From Candidatus Omnitrophota bacterium (GTDB lineage: Bacteria; Omnitrophota; Omnitrophia; Omnitrophales; Aquincolibacteriaceae): 64,000 nucleotides of DNA. This document shows, one piece after another, positions 38,358 through 45,917 of the stretch. Made by a program: the position numbers and the translations under genes. The first letter of the stretch is position 1. The number at the start of each line of letters is the position of its first letter. The notes below the pieces were generated by a model. That model was not told the DNA's origin, ran no database searches, and saw only the letters and a program-made list of their open reading frames with translations. The stretch is taken from NCBI GenBank assembly GCA_043732705.1, contig JAYTHE010000032.1, positions 66,005 to 130,004 on the forward strand, read 5' to 3'.

Positions 38358-38699
38358 ATGAATAATCCTGAAGCAAAGACACCGCTCGCCACCAAAGCAT
38401 CGCAATCAAATTTAAAGGATGTCGAAAAAGTTAACCGCAACGAAAAAGAAGCCGGATCTCGAGAAGATTGGGAGGGGGGCGCATCACGTCCAATGGACGC
38501 GATAGTTCCGGAGGAAAAACTTCCCAATAGCAGCTCCGCAAAAAATTTACAGGCTCAGGCTGAAAGTGTTCCTAAAACACCGAGTGGTGATAATGGGCCG
38601 CCCGAGAATCTGCAATCTCTCCCAACTCAAGATACGCATACAGTGAGTCCGGAACAAGAAGTTGAAAATAAGCCCAAGCGGCAGCGACTTCCTTTTTAA
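38358..38699 (+). CDS. Hydrophilic, probably disordered protein, paralog of 50468-51049
   Basis: RBS gagga; shares SREDWEGG.SRP and GPP.NLQSLPTQ.TH with the paralog. Confidence 0.75.
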   Translation: MNNPEAKTPLATKASQSNLKDVEKVNRNEKEAGSREDWEGGASRPMDAIVPEEKLPNSSSAKNLQAQAESVPKTPSGDNGPPENLQSLPTQDTHTVSPEQEVENKPKRQRLPF

Positions 38700-38729
38700 G
38701 CGGTAATTTTCTCCGATCTAACCTTGCCC

Positions 38730-38775
38730 TGAGGGTAATACCCCATAGTTTCATTGATGGACTTAGTCCTATGAT
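38730..38775 (+). promoter_or_regulatory. 17-bp box plus -10 element
   Basis: tgagggtaataccccat, 23 nt, TATGAT. Confidence 0.65.
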
Positions 38776-38821
38776 CAACTCTGACAACAAAAGCCTGCCC
38801 ACAGGCAGGCAGGAGGAAAAT

Positions 38822-39058
38822 ATGAAAAAATTATTAGTCGCTTCTATGATTTTATCGGTGGCTTTGGGACTGTCGGCGTGTAGTGGTGCGTTTTGGGGCG
38901 GTGCGGGCGGCGGAACAGCTGCGGCAGGCGCGGGCTATGAAGTTAACGCAAAATTAAAGATGGACCAGCTGAAGAAAGATCTCGCTGCAGGTAAGATCAA
39001 TCAGGCTGAATACGATATTCGCGTCGATCAAATTAAAAAAATGTCGCTGATTTATTAA
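38822..39058 (+). CDS. Small lipoprotein with glycine zipper and SHOCT-like tail
   Basis: RBS aggagg; lipobox LSAC; GAGGGTAAAGAGYE; DLAAGKINQAEYD. Confidence 0.82.
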   Translation: MKKLLVASMILSVALGLSACSGAFWGGAGGGTAAAGAGYEVNAKLKMDQLKKDLAAGKINQAEYDIRVDQIKKMSLIY

Positions 39059-39080
39059 TCGGCATTTAAAAGGGAGCGTC

Positions 39081-39206
39081 ATGAGAAAAATTCAGTGGGG
39101 TTTAATCCTTTTTTGTGTCTTAGGCCTATTTGCAGGTTGTCATAGTGGAATTATGAAAGGTGCCGGATCTGATATGTCCAGAATGGGAGATAGCTTACAG
39201 AAATAA
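39081..39206 (+). CDS. Entericidin A/B-like lipoprotein (41 aa; not in ORF track)
   Basis: MRKIQWGLILFCVLGLFAGCHSGIMKGAGSDMSRMGDSLQK; lipobox FAGC; RBS aggga. Confidence 0.8.
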   Translation: MRKIQWGLILFCVLGLFAGCHSGIMKGAGSDMSRMGDSLQK

Positions 39207-39236
39207 AACAGTCAACTGTTTAAGGTAAAGGCTTTT

Positions 39237-39641
39237 ATGAAAAAAAATGTGGGCTTGTGGATTGATCACCGTGAGGCAGTGATGGTTTTTGCTTCACCTG
39301 AAGGGGAAGTCATCAAGAAAATCAGTTCTGCCGCTGAGAAGCATGCCGGCAGGATTGATGGTGAGCGCTCAACTGCGCCTTATGAGTCACAGCTGGTGCA
39401 CGCAGATGACAGCCAACAACGTGCTCTCACGGGACATTTAAACCATTACTATGATGAAGTGATTGCCGACATTCATGACGCAGAATCCATTCTGATATTT
39501 GGCCCCGGCGAAGCAAAAACCGAGCTTAAAAATAGAATGCAGCTTTCAAAAGCGAATTGTTCCGCGGTTATTGTTGAAGCTGCAGACAAGATGACTGACC
39601 CGCAAATTGCGGCAAAAGTTTGGGACTATTTTAAAATTTAA
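39237..39641 (+). CDS. eRF1/host-attachment-like protein (baeRF-related), function unknown
   Basis: VGLWIDHREA, ILIFGPGEAKTEL and ADKMTDPQIAA motifs. Confidence 0.75.
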   Translation: MKKNVGLWIDHREAVMVFASPEGEVIKKISSAAEKHAGRIDGERSTAPYESQLVHADDSQQRALTGHLNHYYDEVIADIHDAESILIFGPGEAKTELKNRMQLSKANCSAVIVEAADKMTDPQIAAKVWDYFKI

Positions 39642-39772
39642 CGATAAAGCATCAAAATTCTTGCCGTATTAAAGTGAGTATAAAATTTATTTAGCGATGT
39701 CATAAATTTCTGACATATTTCTATCATTTCAGACATAGCGCCCGCATTTTAAAGCCTTCCCCTCGAAAGAAA

Positions 39773-39789
39773 CAGGCATGAAGATTGCC
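39773..39789 (+). promoter_or_regulatory. Sigma-54-type promoter
   Basis: caGGcatgaagattGCc (GG-N10-GC); upstream TGTCA-N8-TGACA site at 39698-39715. Confidence 0.6.
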
Positions 39790-39831
39790 TGGTTTTCAAA
39801 TAATATATCCTGAAAGTTTGAGGGAGGCTTT

Positions 39832-39939
39832 ATGCTCGGAAAATCAACTATGGGTATAAAGTTTTCAGCGAAAAAGGTAGGTCTTTGGGCCAAGTTTAAA
39901 AAATGCGAACTGAAGCGGTTAAGGGCGTGGATAGATTAG
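39832..39939 (+). CDS. Putative basic microprotein (35 aa)
   Basis: RBS ggagg and an upstream sigma-54 motif; MLGKSTMGIKFSAKKVGLWAKFKKCELKRLRAWID. Confidence 0.4.
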   Translation: MLGKSTMGIKFSAKKVGLWAKFKKCELKRLRAWID

Positions 39940-40241
39940 TATTTTAAACGCAAAGCGGGCTGACCCGCCCGCCTGAAATCGAAAAAATTTAGAATGAGAT
40001 TGATTCGTCGCGGAGATGATCGAGGAGACAAAGAAGATCTGCTCTTAGAACGCTTAAAAAAATTCCTTGTGAGTACGGTTGGCAAAAGAGATTTAAATCT
40101 TAGGTGTTCTCCCAGTTTGTCTTTGTAAGGGGAAATAAATCTATTTTTTTTATTTGCTTTGCCTATATTATAGTCACGCGAAGATAATTTTTTGACGTCA
40201 AATGCGATTGAGTTAACTCAATTCCGAAGAAGGAAAGACTC

Positions 40242-42545
40242 GTGTTAACCACTTTCTATTCTCAAATTTTACGCTTAATCCGTAAATGGATTTCAGGAAG
40301 AGAGTTTTTTCTTTCGGCCGTAATTTTGGTTTCTCTGCTTTCGGTGAATTCATGGCTTTCTTTCCGCAATATCAATCTCGTGCGCCATGACGCCGAATTA
40401 GTTATTCATACCCAAAAAGTAATTAACGCTCTTGAGGCGGCGCTTTCATTTGCAAAAGATGCGGAGACCGGGCAGCGAGGCTATCTTCTTACCGGCAAAC
40501 AATCCTATCTCGAACCGTATAATCATGCGGTACCGGCCATTTATGGGCAATTGGCGCTGCTGAAACAATTGACCCGTGATAATGCATCGCAGCAGAAACG
40601 CCTGGATGAATTTAAAGCGCGCATTGGATTAAGGTTGAAAGTGCTGGATGAAGTTATCAATGCACAAGAAGGTTTACGCTATCAGTTTACCCGTAAGACT
40701 TTATTGGGCGACCGCGGCAAAGTCGAGATGGACGCCTTGCGCCGGCAGGCCGCTACCATTGAAAAGGTAGAACGCGATTTGTTAGAGCAAAGAACGGAAC
40801 GCTCCACTGTCTCATACCACATCGCGCTTTTCACCAGTTTTCTGTCAAGTTCGATCGGGTTAGGCTTGCTTGTCGCGTTTCTTTTTCTTTTAAGGAAACA
40901 TTTAATTTCTAAAGACAAAGATATGGCCGCGATTTTTGAGCAGCACGAAAGATTTCGAATCACAATCGGAAGTATCGGCGATGCGGTTCTGACCACAGAT
41001 ACACAGGGCCGCGTTACATACTTAAATGAAATTGCGCAAAAATTGACAGGCTGGAAAGAAAAAGATGCTTTCGGGAAGCCTCTAGAGGTAGTTCTTCACA
41101 TTTTAAATGAAAGTTCCCGCCGTATTGTTGAAAGCCCCGCATATCAGGCGTTAAGAGAAGGCACCATTGTCGGGCTGGCTTATGGGACGCTTCTGATCGC
41201 GAAGGACGGAAAAGAAATTCAAATCGAGGACAGTGCCGCACCGATCCGCAATCAGCAAGGTGATGTTGTGGGGGTTGTGCTCGTGTTCCGGGATGTAACT
41301 GATCGTAAAAAATCAGAAGCTGTTTTACTCGAAAGCGAAAAGCGTTATCGACAGTTAATTCAAGGTCTGCCCGCAGCTGTTTATACCTGTGATGCTGACG
41401 GCTACATTATGCTTTATAACCCCGCAGCGGCTGTGCTTTGGGGCCGGGAACCCGAGTTGGGGAAAGAGCTGTGGTGCGGCTCGCATCGAATCTATAGGTC
41501 AAACGGAGAACCTCTCCCGTTAGAGCAATGCCCCATGGCCGTTGTTTTGGAAGGAAAAGAGCCGAAGCGCGGTCAGGAAATTATTATTGAAAGGCCCGAT
41601 GGTACGCGGCGGAATGTTCTACCTTATCCCCAGGCGATTCTTAATAAAGACGGAATTCTCATGGGTGCGATTAACATGCTTGTGGATATCACCGAGCGTA
41701 AAAAAGCAGAGCAAGATTTAATCCGCACGGCCAAAGAGCTTGCAGCTTCAAACACTGAATTAGAAAAAGCGAATATACAGCTTAAGAAATCGACGCATGA
41801 ACTTGAACTGGCAAATATAAGCCTAAAAAAACTCGATGAGATGAAAACGAATTTTATTGCGATCGCATCGCATGAACTCAAGACCCCTCTGACCGCGATG
41901 AAAGGTTTTTTAAGTTTAGTCATCGAAGGCGCGAACGGAAAGCTGCGAGCCGCACAAAAGGAAAGTTTACTTTTTGTAAAAGAAGGCAGTGATCGAATGC
42001 ACCGGCTGATTGACAGTCTATTGAATCTATCGAAAATGGAGCTTGGGCAAATGCCGATGAAAATGAGCGAGAAGGTAAGTGTTAAGAGAATTTTGAGCGA
42101 GACCGTGCGAACATTTCATAATTTAGCCGAAAAGAAGAGCATTTCAATTCAAGAGGAAGTCGAAAGTGATTTAAAAGAAGTTTGTGGCGACGAAGACCGT
42201 TTACGGGAAGTGTTTGATAATCTTGTTTCCAATGCTCTGAAATATACTCCACGTGGCGGAACTATTTGGATTCGAGCGAAAAATAATTCAAAAAAAGTAG
42301 AAATTAAAATTGAAGATACCGGAATTGGAATGAGAAAAGAAGATCTTTGTAAAATATTTGAACCTTTCCAGCACTTGAGGCGCAGCGGCTTGGAAGGCGA
42401 AGAAAGCACCGGATTGGGTTTAGCGTTAGTCAGAAAAATTATCGATGCGCATGGCGGAGAAGTTCAAGTTGAAAGCGTGCTCGGAAAAGGTTCGATTTTT
42501 ATGGTGCTGCTTCCGCAAAAAAATTTGATGGAGGCGGCGCGATGA
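40242..42545 (+). CDS. Membrane sensor histidine kinase, CHASE3-PAS-PAS-HisKA-HATPase
   Basis: DAETGQRGYLLTG (CHASE3), two PAS/PAC segments, ASHELKTPL, NLVSNALKYT and TGLGL motifs. Confidence 0.93.
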   Translation: MLTTFYSQILRLIRKWISGREFFLSAVILVSLLSVNSWLSFRNINLVRHDAELVIHTQKVINALEAALSFAKDAETGQRGYLLTGKQSYLEPYNHAVPAIYGQLALLKQLTRDNASQQKRLDEFKARIGLRLKVLDEVINAQEGLRYQFTRKTLLGDRGKVEMDALRRQAATIEKVERDLLEQRTERSTVSYHIALFTSFLSSSIGLGLLVAFLFLLRKHLISKDKDMAAIFEQHERFRITIGSIGDAVLTTDTQGRVTYLNEIAQKLTGWKEKDAFGKPLEVVLHILNESSRRIVESPAYQALREGTIVGLAYGTLLIAKDGKEIQIEDSAAPIRNQQGDVVGVVLVFRDVTDRKKSEAVLLESEKRYRQLIQGLPAAVYTCDADGYIMLYNPAAAVLWGREPELGKELWCGSHRIYRSNGEPLPLEQCPMAVVLEGKEPKRGQEIIIERPDGTRRNVLPYPQAILNKDGILMGAINMLVDITERKKAEQDLIRTAKELAASNTELEKANIQLKKSTHELELANISLKKLDEMKTNFIAIASHELKTPLTAMKGFLSLVIEGANGKLRAAQKESLLFVKEGSDRMHRLIDSLLNLSKMELGQMPMKMSEKVSVKRILSETVRTFHNLAEKKSISIQEEVESDLKEVCGDEDRLREVFDNLVSNALKYTPRGGTIWIRAKNNSKKVEIKIEDTGIGMRKEDLCKIFEPFQHLRRSGLEGEESTGLGLALVRKIIDAHGGEVQVESVLGKGSIFMVLLPQKNLMEAAR

Positions 42546-42925
42546 AAAAGCATATTCTTATTGTCGAAGATGACTTTGCGATCGGCAAGCTCCTTCAAAT
42601 GTCTTTTACGCATGCAGGATTTACCGTTTCTTTGGCGCGCGATGAAGCCTCTTTTTGCGAGTTGGCGAAAAATACATCCCCCGATTTTATTTTGCTTGAT
42701 CTGATGATTAACAATCGAAAAAGCATCGAATTTTATGAGGCATTAGTTGAAGAAGGGTTGAATCCGCATATCCCGGTGATTGTTTTGACAGCGTCTGTCC
42801 AGGGATTGGTTTCTGTGAAAGGCCCCTCCGGAAAATCTTATCGGGCCTTCGGCAAGCCTTTCGAAACTAAAAACCTGATTGAATTAGTGGGTTCTTCTTT
42901 TTCAGTCAAGCCTTCGAAAGCCTAA
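42542..42925 (+). CDS. Single-domain response regulator
   Basis: ILIVEDD, LLDLM, LTA and KPF motifs. Confidence 0.88.
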   Translation: MKKHILIVEDDFAIGKLLQMSFTHAGFTVSLARDEASFCELAKNTSPDFILLDLMINNRKSIEFYEALVEEGLNPHIPVIVLTASVQGLVSVKGPSGKSYRAFGKPFETKNLIELVGSSFSVKPSKA

Positions 42926-43055
42926 AAAACCCGTGTAAAAGTGTCTCGTCTTTCGTACAGAATTCTTAAAAATCTGACACATTTCAGCCGCACAAAACAG
43001 CTCTTTTAAGAAATAATATTTTTGTTCCCAATAAGAAGCATGCGCAGTGGCCGAG

Positions 43056-43072
43056 CTGGCACTCCTGATGCT
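43056..43072 (+). promoter_or_regulatory. Sigma-54-type promoter
   Basis: cTGGCACtcctgATGCt; tandem upstream sites at 42942-42979 ending tctgaca. Confidence 0.7.
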
Positions 43073-43206
43073 ACTCTGATGTTGGGGTTTTCTCAAAGAA
43101 TGAGCTTCAGACGCTTGCCGATGGGGGCTAAAAATGAACAATGAAGATTGGGATTTAGAATAATTCAATTGAATATTATTCGAATTTTTAAATGAAAAAG
43201 GAAAAA

Positions 43207-43788
43207 ATGAAAAATAAAGGTTCTGATTTGGAGCAAAAATCAAAAAGCCGGTTTGTGATGGATGTAAAGGAAATCCGCCGCCGCGCCCGCAAACATGTCG
43301 AAGAAGGTGCTGTCACGGAAGGTTACGAAGGTGACCGCAAGACTATCTTAAAGCTGCTCAATGATGCGCTTGCGACCGAAATTATTTGTGTATTACGCTA
43401 CAAGCGCCATTATTTCATGGCGCAAGGCATTCATGCGAAACCGATTGCTGAAGAATTCCAGGAGCATGCCACTGAAGAACAGGCGCATGCCGACAGTATC
43501 GCGGAAAGAATTATGCAGCTGGGCGGTGAACCTGACCTGAATCCTGAAGGCTTGACTACCCGCAGCCACTCACAGTATGTGGAAGGCGAGTCTTTGCTTG
43601 ATATGGTTAAAGAAGATTTGGTTGCGGAAAGAATCGCGATTGATTCTTACAAAGAAATCATCGCCTATGTCGGCGGCAAAGACCCGACGACCCGCCGTCT
43701 TATGGAGGAAATTCTTTCGAAGGAAGAAGAACATGCGGATGATATGGCGGATATTTTGGCGGCCCTAGATCCGGCCAAAAAAATGTGA
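43207..43788 (+). CDS. Ferritin-like (bacterioferritin-related) protein
   Basis: LNDALATE, EEQAHAD, EDLVAERIAI and EEEHAD di-iron ExxH motifs. Confidence 0.9.
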   Translation: MKNKGSDLEQKSKSRFVMDVKEIRRRARKHVEEGAVTEGYEGDRKTILKLLNDALATEIICVLRYKRHYFMAQGIHAKPIAEEFQEHATEEQAHADSIAERIMQLGGEPDLNPEGLTTRSHSQYVEGESLLDMVKEDLVAERIAIDSYKEIIAYVGGKDPTTRRLMEEILSKEEEHADDMADILAALDPAKKM

Positions 43789-43812
43789 CGGTAAAACGGT
43801 AAAGATTAATTT

Positions 43813-43998
43813 ATGGAATTGATTTTTGAGTGGATAGCGTGGTTTGCCTTGTTCTTGGGATGTATTTTTATTTTATGGAAACTGTACTTATTCACGACGT
43901 GGAACATTGAGAGAACTGTTTTTCTTGGCGGAATCGGCGCTTATCTGGGTTCGAAGTCAAAAAACGCGCGGAAGAAGCAAGCCGTGGCCGCGAAATGA
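43813..43998 (+). CDS. Small membrane protein, unknown function
   Basis: Hydrophobic N-terminus, basic tail; overlaps the next start (ATGA). Confidence 0.5.
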   Translation: MELIFEWIAWFALFLGCIFILWKLYLFTTWNIERTVFLGGIGAYLGSKSKNARKKQAVAAK

Positions 43999-45266
43999 AA
44001 ATATTGATGGTGACGAACACCTATTTAAATGTGGTGGGTGGCCTTGAAAAATCAATCCAGTCTTTTACGCAAAAATTAAGAGAATTGGGACACAAGGTAT
44101 TGATCGCCGGTCCTGACTTTGTCGGCGAAGAAATCGGCGGCAGCAAGGGGGCTCATCCTTTAGCGGACAAATATGCGCCAGTGGTTTTTCCTTTTCGTGG
44201 GAAACTTGAAAAAATTATTGCTCAATTTAATCCTGATGTCATCCACGCCCACCATCCTTTTTTAATGGGAGAAATGGCTTTGCGCTTCTCGGCCTATTAC
44301 GCGCGGCCCGTTATTTTTACTTACCATATTATGTTCAATCAATACGCGCATTATTTACCGTCTGTGTCTTCGTGCCTTTCCGGAACTTTCTTGGTGGAAA
44401 TGGCTGCGGGATTTTGCAATCTTTCAACCCGGGTGATTGCGCCGAGCGAAAGCGTACGTAAAATTTTATGCGATCAAGGCGTTAAAAAACCAATTGATGT
44501 CGTTCCAACCGGAGTTGATATCGCAAAGTTTTCGCGCGGGAACCGTGAAAAAAAGAGAAGAGAACTTGGTTTATCAAAAGAATCGATTCTGCTCGGTTAT
44601 GTGGGGCGTCTCGCGCCCGAGAAAAACCTTGAATTTTTGACAGCTCAGGTTGCACAGTTAATGAACACAAATAAAAATGTTCACTTTCTTGTCGTTGGGA
44701 AAGGTCCTTCCGAAAAAGATTTGGAGAAAGCCTTTAGCCATATGGATATATTGCCGCGTCTTCACTTTTTGGGTGCGCTTCAAGGGCAGGATTTGGTGGA
44801 TTGCTACCATGCAATGGACGTGTTTGTGTTTGCGTCCAAAAGCGAAACTCAAGGTTTGGTTCTCTGCGAAGCGATGGCAGCGGGAGTGCCTGTGGTAGCT
44901 TTGGATGCGCCGGGAGTCCGTGAAGTTGTCAAGGATTTTGAAAATGGCCGGCTAATCTCCGGCGGACATGAAGAGGAGTTTCAATCCGCCTTGGTGTGGT
45001 GCGTGAGCCAGGAGGGCAGGAAGCTTATTCAGTTGAAACAAAACGCCCGGGAAACCGTCAACGCTTTCGGACTTGAAATTTGCGCGGTTCGCGCGCTGGA
45101 GACATATCGTTCAGCTATGCAAGATTATTCTTGTCTTAAAAATGCTCATAAAAACAGAGAGCTAAAGTTATGGCAGTGTTTTCGGATTGAATTGAAAATA
45201 GCGGGTAATTTTCTCCGCTCTTTTTTTCGTGCAGTGAGTAAGACGCTTTTTAAACAAGCAGCCTGA
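43995..45266 (+). CDS. Glycosyltransferase family 4
   Basis: MVTNTY...GG, HAHHPF, YVGRLAPEKN and ETQGLVLCEAMA motifs. Confidence 0.93.
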   Translation: MKILMVTNTYLNVVGGLEKSIQSFTQKLRELGHKVLIAGPDFVGEEIGGSKGAHPLADKYAPVVFPFRGKLEKIIAQFNPDVIHAHHPFLMGEMALRFSAYYARPVIFTYHIMFNQYAHYLPSVSSCLSGTFLVEMAAGFCNLSTRVIAPSESVRKILCDQGVKKPIDVVPTGVDIAKFSRGNREKKRRELGLSKESILLGYVGRLAPEKNLEFLTAQVAQLMNTNKNVHFLVVGKGPSEKDLEKAFSHMDILPRLHFLGALQGQDLVDCYHAMDVFVFASKSETQGLVLCEAMAAGVPVVALDAPGVREVVKDFENGRLISGGHEEEFQSALVWCVSQEGRKLIQLKQNARETVNAFGLEICAVRALETYRSAMQDYSCLKNAHKNRELKLWQCFRIELKIAGNFLRSFFRAVSKTLFKQAA

Positions 45267-45276
45267 GGAGGGCATA

Positions 45277-45402
45277 ATGAAAAGGTTTATGTTGGTTTTA
45301 ATCATGATTCTTTTTGTGGGAGCATTCAATGGTTGTCATAGCGGAACGATGCGTGGAGTCGGTTCGGACATTTCGAGGGTCGGAGACCACTTGCAGAAAT
45401 AA
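45277..45402 (+). CDS. Entericidin A/B-like lipoprotein, second copy (41 aa; not in ORF track)
   Basis: MKRFMLVLIMILFVGAFNGCHSGTMRGVGSDISRVGDHLQK; RBS gaggag. Confidence 0.8.
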   Translation: MKRFMLVLIMILFVGAFNGCHSGTMRGVGSDISRVGDHLQK

Positions 45403-45484
45403 ATGAACAGATTTATTGCCTGCAAGCTAAACGCAAGAGTACCTTTTATTTCTTTTTAGGAAACAGTACAATATGTTTTAACTT

Positions 45485-45895
45485 ATGGATCAAAAGAAAA
45501 GTGCTCCCGATGCGGGAGTGGTTAAACCCAGAGTTCTTGTCGTGGATGACGAGCAGTCCATGCGGCGTCTTTTGTGCCATACTCTCTCTCTCTCCGGCTT
45601 TAATATTTCAACTGCAGCTAATGCGGCAGAATTTCGTGAGCAAGTTTTTATTCAAAAACCAGAGGTTATTATTCTCGATATTTTGCTGGGTGACCATAAC
45701 GGTCCCGAAGTTTATTTGGAACTGCTGGATGAGGGCTTGGATTCAAATATTCCCGTCATTTTTCTTTCGGCACTGATTGAAAAAAGGTGGATGCCCAAAT
45801 CGATTGAGAGTAACCCGCGCCATGCATTTATCAGCAAGCCGTTTGAGTACCAAGAACTAATACTCAAATTGCGAGAGTTTGCGGCGCTTAAATAA
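45485..45895 (+). CDS. Single-domain response regulator
   Basis: VLVVDDE, ILDIL, LSA and KPF motifs. Confidence 0.88.
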   Translation: MDQKKSAPDAGVVKPRVLVVDDEQSMRRLLCHTLSLSGFNISTAANAAEFREQVFIQKPEVIILDILLGDHNGPEVYLELLDEGLDSNIPVIFLSALIEKRWMPKSIESNPRHAFISKPFEYQELILKLREFAALK

Positions 45896-45917
45896 TAAGT
45901 GGGGGATTGCTTTTACC

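Noticed and set aside
39994-40128. 44-codon ORF upstream of the CHASE3 kinase
   Set aside because: No RBS, no motif and no paralog; insufficient support.
39081-45402. The two entericidin-like genes as an EcnAB toxin-antitoxin pair
   Set aside because: They are about 6 kb apart in separate units and resemble each other as paralogs rather than an adjacent A/B pair.
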